64,000 bases of DNA from Ruminococcus sp. (GTDB taxonomy: Bacteria; Bacillota; Clostridia; Oscillospirales; Acutalibacteraceae). Positions 1-9,819 of this stretch are shown here, piece after piece. The stretch lies in contig JAFUIK010000035.1 of assembly GCA_017473955.1 (NCBI GenBank), positions 32,529 through 96,528 on the forward strand, given 5' to 3'. Under the pieces are notes generated by a model. It was given only the letters and a program-made list of their open reading frames with translations. It searched no databases and was not told where the DNA came from. Position 1 is the first letter of the stretch. Each line of letters starts with the position of its first letter. The translations under genes and the position numbers were made by a program.

Positions 1-431
1 TTGATAACCTCCGCTTCACACAACACGCTGTGAGAATTAACCGCCTTTGCTATGGCAGGGGCATAGCATCCGTAAGAATACTCACTAAACGGATTTCCAA
101 CGAAAACCTCGTTCGGATTCGGTCCGTATAATTTATCCTCATACTCTTCAAAATCCTCGTCGTATTCAAGCCAACTTTGTGCAAATGCAGGTGCAGTAAT
201 GTTAACATCGTAGTAGTTGAGCACCATTGCCGCACACGCAGCCTCGCATCCTGTAGGTAACTCAGGATACTGGGAAAGCTCAGGTACTTTGAGTATCTTT
301 TGTGAGGTTAAGGCGTTATCCCCTTTTTCTGTTTTCTGTTGTGTAATAAAACAAGGAATATAAACGCAAGCTGTAATTACCAGAGTTATAGTTAAAACAG
401 CACATAATATAATCACAAATATCTTTTTCAT
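1..431 (-). CDS. C39-like peptidase family protein, membrane-anchored (3' end runs off the window)
   Basis: Manual translation from ATG at 431: MKKIFVIILCAVL...LKVPELSQYPELPTGCEAACAAMVLNYY...FVGNP...YGCYAPAI; QxPELPTGCE catalytic Cys motif. Not in the ORF track because it is truncated. Confidence 0.8.
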   Translation of the reverse strand, partial: MKKIFVIILCAVLTITLVITACVYIPCFITQQKTEKGDNALTSQKILKVPELSQYPELPTGCEAACAAMVLNYYDVNITAPAFAQSWLEYDEDFEEYEDKLYGPNPNEVFVGNPFSEYSYGCYAPAIAKAVNSHSVLCEAEVI

Positions 432-466
432 AAATGCATCCTGTCTTTTATATATTCACAGTAAAA

Positions 467-1240
467 TTATATAAGCTCAATTACATCTCCGGTTGAGATA
501 TAGTGAAGCCTTTTCATTCTTTCTTTCATAAACTTAAACTGCTCTACTCCAGTACAGTGGCAAGTGTAGAAACTGACTTTTATAAAATTGAGCATCTTTG
601 CTAGGCTTTCCAAGGAATCATCACTCCACTTAGAAACATGGAGTCCACCAACGATAGTATCTACAGCAAACCAATCGTTAAGATTAAGGATGCCTTTGTG
701 AGAACATCCGCTGATTAATACTTTGTGCTCGTTTTCTTCAATCAACAAATACTGTTCGTGTAAAAATGGGTCAGGGATTTTTTCATCGTTTTTTAAAACA
801 CTCAAACCACCGCTGTTTATATCCCATTTACACCACTCGTTGTTGCAACTGAAAAGAGTTAAACCATCGGCAATTTCAAGTTCATCACCTACAAAAACTA
901 AGCGGTCAGAGTCTTTAAGCGTTACGTCGAGCCCAATGTATTTTTCACCATTGTAATGAGGCTCAAAAGCATAGTTACTCAAATATACTTTAGCTTTGCT
1001 GTTAATTTGTAAGAACTTTTTAAGTCCTCCACCATGGTCATAATGTCCGTGAGATAACACAGCAATATCCACCTGAGTTAAGTCAATATTAAGTTTCTTT
1101 GCGTTTTCATAAAACAATTCACTTTGTCCCATATCAAAAAGCAGTTTGTGTTTGCCGATTTCGATATACAAGGACAAGCCGTGTTCACAGCCAAGGTTTT
1201 TATAGTTACTTGTATTTTCAGCTAATACGGTAATACGCAT
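467..1240 (-). CDS. MBL-fold metallo-hydrolase
   Basis: EHGLS, LFDMG, SHGHYDHGGG (HxHxDH), SGCSH, GGLH and CHCTG motifs. Confidence 0.9.
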   Translation of the reverse strand: MRITVLAENTSNYKNLGCEHGLSLYIEIGKHKLLFDMGQSELFYENAKKLNIDLTQVDIAVLSHGHYDHGGGLKKFLQINSKAKVYLSNYAFEPHYNGEKYIGLDVTLKDSDRLVFVGDELEIADGLTLFSCNNEWCKWDINSGGLSVLKNDEKIPDPFLHEQYLLIEENEHKVLISGCSHKGILNLNDWFAVDTIVGGLHVSKWSDDSLESLAKMLNFIKVSFYTCHCTGVEQFKFMKERMKRLHYISTGDVIELI

Positions 1241-1269
1241 TTTTGCACTTCCTAAATGTTTATATCTAC

Positions 1270-1321
1270 ATTATAAGCAAATACTATCGTCTTGACAAGT
1301 AATGTGTTTTGAATGTATAGT
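1270..1321. promoter_or_regulatory. Back-to-back sigmaA-type promoters sharing one -35 segment
   Basis: + strand TTGACA-18-TATAGT (1292-1321); - strand TTGTCA-17-TATAAT. Confidence 0.6.
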
Positions 1322-1345
1322 TAGAAAAAACACAAGGAGCTATGT

Positions 1346-2008
1346 ATGCAATATTTTATCGCATTTTTAGAGGGTATCATCACATTTATATCACCGTGTT
1401 TACTGCCGATGTTGCCTGTATATATTTCGTATTTTGCTGGTGGAACTGAAAGAAACACACCTAAAACGCTAAAAAATGCGTTTGGGTTTGTGTTTGGATT
1501 CACCACAGTTTTTGTAGCTTTGGGAGCGTTAGCAGGCACTGTCGGAAGTTTTCTGGCAAAGTATCAGATGGCTGTTAACATTATCACAGGACTTATCGTA
1601 GTGTTTTTCGGTCTTAATTTTCTTGGAATTTTCAAACTGAATATTTTCAAGGGTATGAAGGGTAATGCAAAAACCAACAACCTCGGATTTTTCAGTTCAT
1701 TTGTATTTGGTGTTGTATTCTCTGTAGGTTGGACACCGTGTGTGGGAGCCTTCTTAGGTTCGGCACTTATGATGGCTTCTCAACAAGGCAAAGTGTTACA
1801 AGGCATTTTAATGCTACTAACTTACTCGCTCGGACTTGGAATTCCGTTTATCGCAAGTGCCGTGCTTATTGATAAATTAAAAACCACCTTTGATTTTATC
1901 AAGAAAAATTATAAAGTAATAAACATCATCTGTGGATGTATACTGATACTGGTCGGTATACTGATGATGAGCGGTCTGCTCACTAAATTTGTCGGACTTT
2001 TAGCGTGA
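1346..2008 (+). CDS. ccdA: CcdA/DsbD-type transmembrane electron transporter
   Basis: ISPCLLPMLP and WTPCVG motifs, about 6 TM segments. Confidence 0.9.
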   Translation: MQYFIAFLEGIITFISPCLLPMLPVYISYFAGGTERNTPKTLKNAFGFVFGFTTVFVALGALAGTVGSFLAKYQMAVNIITGLIVVFFGLNFLGIFKLNIFKGMKGNAKTNNLGFFSSFVFGVVFSVGWTPCVGAFLGSALMMASQQGKVLQGILMLLTYSLGLGIPFIASAVLIDKLKTTFDFIKKNYKVINIICGCILILVGILMMSGLLTKFVGLLA

Positions 2009-2016
2009 GGTGTAAT

Positions 2017-2595
2017 ATGAAAAATAAAACAAAGTTATATATATCGATAGTTATTGCAGTTGCAATTTTTATAGGAGCACTTATCACTTACAATGCTCTT
2101 AAGGATGACTATGCTCCAAACACTTTGGCTGATGCTAACAGCACTCAGAGTGATAACACTAAAAAAGACGAGGACGTTGACTATTCTGCCCCTGACTTTA
2201 TTGTTGAGGACAAAGACGGCAACGATGTAACATTATCAAGTTACTTTGGCAAGCCGATTGTGCTTAACCTGTGGGCGAGCTGGTGTTCTCCATGTAAGCA
2301 GGAAATGCCTTATTTTGAGGAAGCTTACAAGAATAATGATGACATACAATTTTTGATGGTAAATATGACATCAGGTGACTCAAAAAGCGATGCTAAGGCA
2401 TTTATCAAAGAAGAGGGCTATACCTTCCCTATTTACTACGATATTTACGGCGATGCCGCTACTAAATACAGTGCTTCGTCTTTGCCGATGACTATCTTTA
2501 TCGACGAAAACGGTGACTTAGTTACTTATGCTGTAGGAGCATTAAGCGACGAACAGTTGCAACAAGGCATTGATTTGTTAAAACAAGAACAATAA
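2017..2595 (+). CDS. Membrane-anchored TlpA/ResA-like thioredoxin
   Basis: N-terminal TM, APDF, NLWASWCSPC; GAGGTG RBS before ATG 2017. Confidence 0.9.
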   Translation: MKNKTKLYISIVIAVAIFIGALITYNALKDDYAPNTLADANSTQSDNTKKDEDVDYSAPDFIVEDKDGNDVTLSSYFGKPIVLNLWASWCSPCKQEMPYFEEAYKNNDDIQFLMVNMTSGDSKSDAKAFIKEEGYTFPIYYDIYGDAATKYSASSLPMTIFIDENGDLVTYAVGALSDEQLQQGIDLLKQEQ

Positions 2596-2643
2596 TCCCT
2601 TCACCACCTTTTAGCGGTTTCCCTCCCTTTACACAAGGGAAGC
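2596..2643. repeat. REP-like bipartite palindrome (family A)
   Basis: CCCTTCACCACC..GCGG..CCCTCCCTTT.ACAC.AAGGGA; similar copies near 5648, 21336, 21431 and 25815. Confidence 0.55.
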
Positions 2644-2654
2644 ATTACAGTCAC

Positions 2655-2694
2655 AAAAAAGCACTGCTGATTTGATTTTCAGCAGTGCTTTTTT
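2655..2694. terminator. Bidirectional intrinsic terminator
   Basis: AAAAAAGCACTGCTGA-loop-TCAGCAGTGCTTTTTT between convergent genes. Confidence 0.85.
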
Positions 2695-2697
2695 AGG

Positions 2698-3522
2698 TTA
2701 TTTTAATGTCATAAATGCTGACATAGTGCCACGCTTGCCGTTTGTAGCTCGGTGACTCCAGAGTAAATCACTATTGCATTTAGTGCATAAATCGGAAATG
2801 ATGATGTTTTCTTCTTTTACACCTGCACTTAACAAAATCTGCTTATTGCACTCAAGCAAGTCAATCATAAATTTTCCGTCAGCTTTCGGGAATACAAATT
2901 TAGAATCATCAAGTTTTAAAGCGTAGAAATTATCGGCACAGGCTTTGTCTACTTCATAACAGCATTTTGAAATAGCAGGGCCGATAGCACAGACTAGGTC
3001 GCTTGGGTCAGTACCGTAGTTTTCTGTCATAGTTTTAACTACCTCTGCACCAATTTTTCCGACAGTTCCTCGCCAGCCTGCATGAGCTAAGCCTATCGCC
3101 TTTTTCTTTGTATCAACGAAGAAAAGAGGTGTACAATCGGCGTAGTATGTAACCAAAGTTACACCTTTTTCGTTAGTAACCAAAGCATCAACGCTAACTA
3201 TATCCTTTTTCTTGTAAATGCCTACTCCACAGTTTTCTTTTGTGCAAACACGCACAAAGGTGTGGTGGTCCTGAGAAGATGCAACTAAAGTATCAAAATC
3301 AAAACCACAGGCTTTGCACATACGTTTGTAGTTTTCTGTCACTTTATCAAAATCGTCGTGCTCAAACGAAAGGTTCATACTCTCGAATATACCCTCTGAC
3401 ACTCCACCCAAACGGGTTGAAAAAGCGTGATTAATAAAGTCAATTTCAGAGAGCTTATTATAAGTCAGGTAATGTACTCCCTCGTTTTTATTTAAAGTCA
3501 TTGTTTTAGACTCAATTCTCAT
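2698..3522 (-). CDS. pgeF: PgeF/YlmD peptidoglycan-editing factor (YfiH family)
   Basis: HAFSTRLGGVS, QDH, DALVT, ADCTP, HAGWRGT, IGPAISKCCYEV, SHR. Confidence 0.9.
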   Translation of the reverse strand: MRIESKTMTLNKNEGVHYLTYNKLSEIDFINHAFSTRLGGVSEGIFESMNLSFEHDDFDKVTENYKRMCKACGFDFDTLVASSQDHHTFVRVCTKENCGVGIYKKKDIVSVDALVTNEKGVTLVTYYADCTPLFFVDTKKKAIGLAHAGWRGTVGKIGAEVVKTMTENYGTDPSDLVCAIGPAISKCCYEVDKACADNFYALKLDDSKFVFPKADGKFMIDLLECNKQILLSAGVKEENIIISDLCTKCNSDLLWSHRATNGKRGTMSAFMTLK

Positions 3523-3628
3523 TATATATCACCTCAAAGCATAGAAATTATACTACACTTATCTTATGCTTGCAAGTGACAAATAATCGTGATATACTTA
3601 ACTAAGAACGAATTTTTTCGGAGGAATT

Positions 3629-3838
3629 ATGAAAAAGGTTAAGTTATTTGGTAACAATATTCCCGTGAGCTGTGAATACTGTGCTCATTCTAAAATAAAT
3701 AACGGCACGCAGTTTTGCACTATGAACAAGGTGCTCAAAAACGGCAAATGCAGAAAATATGAGTACAATCCGTTCATGCGTATACCTAAATCTCAGAATG
3801 TTCTCCCAAAGTACAAGCCTGAGGATTTTGCATTGTAA
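3629..3838 (+). CDS. Small Cys-rich hypothetical protein
   Basis: GGAGG RBS; CEYC...C...C pattern; terminator downstream. Confidence 0.7.
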   Translation: MKKVKLFGNNIPVSCEYCAHSKINNGTQFCTMNKVLKNGKCRKYEYNPFMRIPKSQNVLPKYKPEDFAL

Positions 3839-3853
3839 GTTAATAGTTAAGTC

Positions 3854-3885
3854 AAAAGACCTACCCATACGAGTAGGTCTTTTTT
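3854..3885. terminator. Bidirectional terminator
   Basis: AAAAGACCTAC-loop-GTAGGTCTTTTT. Confidence 0.75.
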
Positions 3886-3886
3886 G

Positions 3887-4180
3887 TTAGCAATATTTTG
3901 CTACGCTTTTTAGTTTACGCTCAGCCGCTTTGATATGTCGAGTGACAGTTGACGGCGATAAAGACAGAAAAGACGCTATATCACACATTTTCATTTTCTT
4001 ATAATAATAAAGCTCTAAGCATTCACGCTGGCGTGGGGTGAGCTCGCTATTTAAAGCGACATATAAAATATGTTTCATTTTAGCAAGAGAGTTTTCATTC
4101 GTTCCACACGAGCTGTATATTTCATAAGAAATACGGTGAGCGTTTTTTTCGGTAATGCTAAAAAAGTTATGCTGCATCAA
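3887..4180 (-). CDS. Small sigma-70 region-4 HTH protein
   Basis: LTPRQRECLELYY..M..IA..L.LS.STV.RHI..A..KL; no region 2. Confidence 0.8.
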   Translation of the reverse strand: MMQHNFFSITEKNAHRISYEIYSSCGTNENSLAKMKHILYVALNSELTPRQRECLELYYYKKMKMCDIASFLSLSPSTVTRHIKAAERKLKSVAKYC

Positions 4181-4382
4181 GCATCACCCCTGCTCGCTCG
4201 CTAAGGTGCTTCGCTGTTAGCATACATTCATAGTAAATGTTACGCAAGCGAATTATATCAGCGTTAAGCGTATGTTTCTCGTCAGCGTTAGCTGTCTTTA
4301 ACATTCGCTTTTTCTTGTCAATCACCATAAGGAGCTTTTGAGCCTGTTCGATATATTCCTGTGACCATTTTATATAATCCAT
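4167..4382 (-). CDS. Hypothetical helical protein, coupled to the region-4 gene
   Basis: AAAGGA RBS; overlaps the start of the next gene. Confidence 0.7.
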   Translation of the reverse strand: MDYIKWSQEYIEQAQKLLMVIDKKKRMLKTANADEKHTLNADIIRLRNIYYECMLTAKHLSERAGVMLDAA

Positions 4383-4718
4383 ATTTTTTCGTCCTTTCCT
4401 GCATTTTAGAAATTTTCGGGGCTTATTCGTTGAAGCTGGGGCTTGACTTCGATTTAAGTTTAGCAGATTTTTCTACCTATTTCAATAGTTTTTCGAATAT
4501 TTGTTCGATTTTACAAACAGTTCATAGATTGCAGACAGCATCTTTCAGTGTTTGATAGTATGCAACAAATTGTGATAGATTTTGTCGTGTCGCAATAATT
4601 TGCAATTAATACAAATTAGAAGGACAAAGTCAAATATAAAGCTTTTTTAAAACAAATAAGAGCGTACAGCAAACACTGCACGCTCTCAAAACGAAAACCT
4701 TATTTCTGAATTAGAATT

Positions 4719-5609
4719 TTATTTAATCAACTTGCTGAGAATATTCTTAGGCTTTTCTGCATTTTCGCCCTTAACCTTTTCGATTACTCTCCTATCAACT
4801 GTGACGCCTTCGTATTTTAAACGGAAGGTGATTCTGCCCTCAAAATCACGCTTGCATTTTGCACAACGAAACTGAGCACGGAACGAACGATTTTTACAAA
4901 TCCACTTCGATTTCTTACGGGCTTTTCTGCCGCATTTATCACAACAAATGTAAAACTCCTTTTTGTCAATCAGCGGATTACGCAAATCGTAAAGCACGGT
5001 ATTTTTGAAAGTAATTTTACGATAAAACTCATCGTTTGCAATTTCGATAAATTCGCGGATGTCGCTTGAATCATACAACTTTTCAAAACACTGCAAGCTA
5101 AGCTTTGCGTCATCACAGGCACGATGTAGCTCAAGTCCGTTTGTGGAAATAGACAGTTGTTCAGCACAAGTACTTAGCCCCATTTGACGCGATTTATCGG
5201 TGTGACCGAGTTTATGCTCACAATACGCCTGCAGGTTGCAATAAGTAGTCATAAAAGAGAGCTTTTCCTCTCCCAGATAATACTTACAATTCTCGATAAG
5301 AGTTAAGATATCGGACGTTCCCCAAGTTAAAAGTATGCTATCAGACAAAAACTTTTTAAACTTTGACAGTACGTGTGTAAAAGTATTATTAGAATCAAAG
5401 AGCTCCTGTGTTGTGATATGAGTCAGCTCACTCACTCGCGAATTTAGCTTCTTGCCTATTTGGGGAGTGACGAGCATCGAAAATGTATCAATAATATTAA
5501 ATTGTTCGTCTGTTTTAACGGCACCGAATTCGATAATTTCATTAACGAATTTTTTAGCTTTCTTACTATAAGCACCGTTCCATTCAAGGTCTAAGATAAC
5601 AAAATTCAT
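4719..5609 (-). CDS. DEDDh 3'-5' exonuclease (KapD/ERI1-like) with C-terminal Zn-finger-like region
   Basis: ILDLEWN, EIIEFGAVK, TWG..D, HRACDDA; CDKC...CAKC. Confidence 0.85.
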   Translation of the reverse strand: MNFVILDLEWNGAYSKKAKKFVNEIIEFGAVKTDEQFNIIDTFSMLVTPQIGKKLNSRVSELTHITTQELFDSNNTFTHVLSKFKKFLSDSILLTWGTSDILTLIENCKYYLGEEKLSFMTTYCNLQAYCEHKLGHTDKSRQMGLSTCAEQLSISTNGLELHRACDDAKLSLQCFEKLYDSSDIREFIEIANDEFYRKITFKNTVLYDLRNPLIDKKEFYICCDKCGRKARKKSKWICKNRSFRAQFRCAKCKRDFEGRITFRLKYEGVTVDRRVIEKVKGENAEKPKNILSKLIK

Positions 5610-5647
5610 ATTTAATTCCTGCTAAGAAATATTTTCACGTAACAATT

Positions 5648-5741
5648 TCTCAGTCTTTAGCATTCGCAAAAGACAGCTCCCTTTATCCAAGGGAGCAAAT
5701 GCAACATCTGTCTTTTTAGGAGGGCACATAATCCTTCCCTA
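5648..5741. repeat. Two REP-like palindromes (family A plus GTAG-type)
   Basis: CTCAGTC...GACAGCTCCCTTT..AAGGGAGC and GGAGGG...CCTTCCCTAC. Confidence 0.55.
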
Positions 5742-5763
5742 CAATGTGCATGGAAATGTTGAG

Positions 5764-7584
5764 TTAATTCTTTTTGAATTGCTTTTTCATACGGAGCTCT
5801 TTTGATAAAATCTGCTTACGCATACGGATGTTCTCAGGGGTAACTTCGACAAGCTCGTCGTCAGCGATAAACTCAATGCACTGCTCAAGTGATAAAACTG
5901 ATGGTGGTGTGAGCTTTAAGGCATCGTCTGAGCCTGATGCACGAGTGTTTGTGATATGCTTTTTCTTGCAGACGTTAACAGTAATATCCTCATTCTTAGG
6001 ACAAGCACCGACAATCATACCCTCGTATACAGGCACACCTGCACCAACGAATAGTCTGCCACGCTCCTGTGCAGCATAAAGTCCGTAGGTTACGGTTTCT
6101 CCTGTTTCAAAGGCTATTAAAGAGCCCTGATGGCGGGTAACAATTTCACCCTTGAACGGCTCGTATGAATCAAAAACATGGTTCATAATACCGTTGCCAT
6201 TCGTGTCAGTTAAAAACTCAGGACGATATCCCATCAAACCACGTGACGGAATTCTAAACTCAATGTGAGTTATACCACTCTCACGTGTGCCCATATTGAT
6301 GAGCTCTGCCTTACGTGAGCCAAGCTTCTCCATAACTGCTCCGACATAGGTGTCAGGAACTTCAATCATCAGGTACTCTATAGGCTCGCAAAGAACACCA
6401 TCAATATGCTTAGTAATAACCTGTGGACGTGAAATTTGGAACTCATAGCCCTCACGTCGCATTGTTTCGATAAGGATAGACAAATGTAATTCGCCTCTGC
6501 CTGATACCTTAAATGTATCCGCTGAGTCAGTTTCCTCAACACGCATTGCTACATTTGTTTCAACCTCTTTGAAAAGTCGGTCACGTAAATTGCGAGAGGT
6601 TACATATTTTCCCTCTCTGCCTGCAAACGGGCTATTGTTAACTATGAAGTTCATAGAAACTGTTGGCTCGTCGATTTTTACAAACGGAAGCGGGTCAATA
6701 TCGTCCACGCAACAAATTGTTTCACCTATATTGAGGTCGGCAATACCGCTAACGCACACTAAATCGCCCATCTTTGCGGTTTCTGTTTCAACACGCTTTA
6801 GGCCCTCAAACTGATAAAGCTTAGAGATTTTAACTTTCACGTTTTCACCGTCACGCTTACAAAGAACAGCCTGTTGATTAACCTTAACCTGTCCACGCTC
6901 TACTCGTCCGACACCTATTCTGCCAACATAATCATCATAGTCTATGTTAGAAATAAGAATCTGTAAATCTCCGTCGACATCACCCTCAGGAGCAGGGATT
7001 TCAGTAACGATTTTTTCAAACAAAGGCTTCATATCGGTACCCATTTCATAAGGGTCTAAAGAAGCTACACCGTCTCTGCCCGAAGCATAAACCACGGGAA
7101 ACTCAAGCTGGTCATCGTCAGCACCAAGCTCAATGAAAAGGTCTAGCACCTCGTCAACAACTTCCTCTGGACGAGCACCGGGGCGGTCAATTTTGTTAAC
7201 TACTACCAAAGGCTTTTTGTGTAAGCCTAACGCTTTTTTTAACACAAAACGAGTTTGAGGCATACAACCCTCAAACGCATCAACTAAAAGCAATACACCG
7301 TCAACCATAGTGAGGATTCGTTCAACCTCACCGCCAAAATCAGCGTGTCCCGGAGTATCAACGATGTTGATTTTAACGTCGTTATACATAACAGCAGTGT
7401 TCTTAGACAAAATTGTAATGCCACGCTCACGCTCTAAATCATTAGAGTCCATAACACGCTCAGCTACAGCTTCATTTGCTCTGAAAATGCCACTCTGTTT
7501 TAAAAGCTGGTCAACCAAGGTAGTTTTACCGTGGTCAACGTGGGCGATAATTGCTATATTTCTTATATCTTCTCTTTTACTCAT
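5764..7584 (-). CDS. typA: Translational GTPase TypA/BipA
   Basis: [43 protein letters not shown]. Confidence 0.98.
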   Translation of the reverse strand: MSKREDIRNIAIIAHVDHGKTTLVDQLLKQSGIFRANEAVAERVMDSNDLERERGITILSKNTAVMYNDVKINIVDTPGHADFGGEVERILTMVDGVLLLVDAFEGCMPQTRFVLKKALGLHKKPLVVVNKIDRPGARPEEVVDEVLDLFIELGADDDQLEFPVVYASGRDGVASLDPYEMGTDMKPLFEKIVTEIPAPEGDVDGDLQILISNIDYDDYVGRIGVGRVERGQVKVNQQAVLCKRDGENVKVKISKLYQFEGLKRVETETAKMGDLVCVSGIADLNIGETICCVDDIDPLPFVKIDEPTVSMNFIVNNSPFAGREGKYVTSRNLRDRLFKEVETNVAMRVEETDSADTFKVSGRGELHLSILIETMRREGYEFQISRPQVITKHIDGVLCEPIEYLMIEVPDTYVGAVMEKLGSRKAELINMGTRESGITHIEFRIPSRGLMGYRPEFLTDTNGNGIMNHVFDSYEPFKGEIVTRHQGSLIAFETGETVTYGLYAAQERGRLFVGAGVPVYEGMIVGACPKNEDITVNVCKKKHITNTRASGSDDALKLTPPSVLSLEQCIEFIADDELVEVTPENIRMRKQILSKELRMKKQFKKN

Positions 7585-7773
7585 AAAATCACCTATTGTA
7601 AGTTTTTCGACAATTAAAAATTATAGCACGTTTTTGGTGCAATTACTATGTAAAAATTAACCGAAAAAGAGTATGTCTGTTCATACATTATTTGCTTTAC
7701 TTTATAAACAAATTTTGATATAATAGTATAAATGTTTTTCAAAAATTATATATCGCAAAAATGGAGGTTAACA

Positions 7774-9705
7774 ATGGGATATTCTATTGCTGAAAAAATT
7801 ATTAAAGAACATATAGTCAGTGGTGAAATGGTTAAAGGTACTGACAATGGTCTGAAGATTGACCAGACACTCACTCAGGACGCTACAGGTACTATGGCTT
7901 ACCTCGAATTCGAGGCAATGGGTGTACCTAGAGTTAAGACCGAGAGAAGTGTTGCATATATCGACCACAACACTTTACAGACAGGCTTTGAAAACGCTGA
8001 TGACCACAGATTCATTCAGACAGTTTGTAAAAAGCATGGTATTTACTTCTCTCGTCCTGGTAACGGTATCTGCCATCAGGTTCACCTAGAGAGATTTTCA
8101 CGCCCTGGTAAAACACTCATCGGTTCTGACAGCCACACTCCAACAGGTGGCGGTATCGGTATGCTCGCTATCGGTGCTGGCGGTCTTGATGTTGCTGTTG
8201 CTATGGGTGGCGGTGCTTACTACATCACAATGCCAAATATCGTTAAGGTTGAACTCAAAGGCGAATTAAAGCCTTGGGTTTCTGCTAAAGACATCATCCT
8301 TAAGGTTCTTGAAATTATGAGCGTTAAGGGTGGCGTTTCAAAAATTATTGAATACGCTGGTGAAGGTGTTAAAACACTTTCTGTACCACAGCGTGCTACC
8401 ATCACAAATATGGGTGCTGAGCTTGGTGCTACTACTTCTATCTTCCCTAGTGATGAAACAACACGTGAGTTCTTAAAGGCTCAGGGTCGTGAGGAAGATT
8501 ACGTTGAATTAAAAGCTGATGAAGATGCAGTTTATGACGAGCACATTATTATTGATTTAAATGAGCTCGAGCCACTTGCTGCTTGCCCACATTCTCCTGA
8601 TAACATCAAGCCTATCGCATCTCTCGCTGGTCAGAAAATTGATCAGGTTTGCATCGGTTCTTGTAAAAACTCAAGCTACGCTGACTTAATGACAGTTGCT
8701 CACATCTTAAAAGGAAAAACTGTTCACCCTGATGTTTCACTTTCTATCGCTCCAGGCTCAAAGCAGGTACTTACAATGCTCTCTGAAAACGGTGCGTTAG
8801 CTGATATGATTGCCGCTGGTGCAAGAATTCTTGAGTCAGCTTGCGGTCCATGTATTGGTATGGGTCAGTCACCTAACAGTGCAGGTATTTCTTTACGTAC
8901 ATTCAACCGTAACTTCTTAGGTCGCTCTGGTACTAAGGATGGACAGATTTATCTTGTATCTCCTGAAACTGCTGCTGCATCAGCATTAACAGGTGTATTT
9001 ACAGATCCAACAACTTTAGGCGAGGGCTACAAGGTAGAGATGCCTGAGAAATTCCTTATTAACGACAATATGATTATCGAGCCGGCACCAGTTGAAGAAA
9101 TGGACAACATCAAGGTTCTTCGCGGTCCAAATATCAAGGAATTCCCAGCATCATCTGAGATGGAAGATTCAATCAAGGCTACTTGTTCACTCAAGGTTGA
9201 GGACAATATCACAACTGACCACATTATGCCGGCAGGTGCTAAGATTTTACCGCTTCGTTCTAATATTCCTGCTATTTCACAGCACTGCTTCACAGTATGT
9301 GACACAGAATTCCCAAATCGTGCTAAAACTCTCGGTAGCTCAATCATTGTTGGTGGTTCTAACTACGGTCAGGGTTCTTCTCGTGAACATGCCGCACTTG
9401 CTCCTCTTTATCTTGGTGTTAAGGCTGTGCTCGTTAAGAGCTTTGCTCGTATTCACAGAGCTAACCTCATCAATGCTGGTATCTTACCGCTTGAGTTCAT
9501 CAACGAAAGCGATTACGAAAAGATTAGTCTTTTTGATGAGCTTGAGTTACCAAACATTAAGGCTGAAATTTTAGAAGGTGACACTGTTACTCTTCTCAAT
9601 AAAACAACAGGAGAAACAATCAAGGCTAAGTGTGAGCTAACACAGCGTCAGAAAGATATCGCTATCTGCGGTGGTTTATTAAACTACACAAAGCTTAACG
9701 GTTAA
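7774..9705 (+). CDS. Aconitate hydratase
   Basis: DQTLTQDATGT, DHN, GICHQ, DSHT, CGPCIG, RNF.GR, TTDHI, GSSREHA; GGAGG RBS before 7774. Confidence 0.93.
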   Translation: MGYSIAEKIIKEHIVSGEMVKGTDNGLKIDQTLTQDATGTMAYLEFEAMGVPRVKTERSVAYIDHNTLQTGFENADDHRFIQTVCKKHGIYFSRPGNGICHQVHLERFSRPGKTLIGSDSHTPTGGGIGMLAIGAGGLDVAVAMGGGAYYITMPNIVKVELKGELKPWVSAKDIILKVLEIMSVKGGVSKIIEYAGEGVKTLSVPQRATITNMGAELGATTSIFPSDETTREFLKAQGREEDYVELKADEDAVYDEHIIIDLNELEPLAACPHSPDNIKPIASLAGQKIDQVCIGSCKNSSYADLMTVAHILKGKTVHPDVSLSIAPGSKQVLTMLSENGALADMIAAGARILESACGPCIGMGQSPNSAGISLRTFNRNFLGRSGTKDGQIYLVSPETAAASALTGVFTDPTTLGEGYKVEMPEKFLINDNMIIEPAPVEEMDNIKVLRGPNIKEFPASSEMEDSIKATCSLKVEDNITTDHIMPAGAKILPLRSNIPAISQHCFTVCDTEFPNRAKTLGSSIIVGGSNYGQGSSREHAALAPLYLGVKAVLVKSFARIHRANLINAGILPLEFINESDYEKISLFDELELPNIKAEILEGDTVTLLNKTTGETIKAKCELTQRQKDIAICGGLLNYTKLNG

Positions 9706-9718
9706 TTTTATAATACAA

Positions 9719-9797
9719 CGGGAGGGCGTAGAAACCCTCCCCTACAATGTAATTTGTGGGTGCGTTGCACACGGGACGTCGAGGTCGCCGTCCCCTA
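9719..9797. repeat. Two tandem GTAG-type REP palindromes
   Basis: CGGGAGGGCGTAGAAACCCTCCCCTAC and CGGGACGTCGAGGTCGCCGTCCCCTAC; the latter differs by one base from 26679-26705. Confidence 0.7.
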
Positions 9798-9819
9798 CAA
9801 ATTTGAAAGGATGATTACA

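Noticed and set aside
50-235. 61-aa ORF from the track
   Set aside because: It is an alternative frame inside the truncated C39-like peptidase gene.
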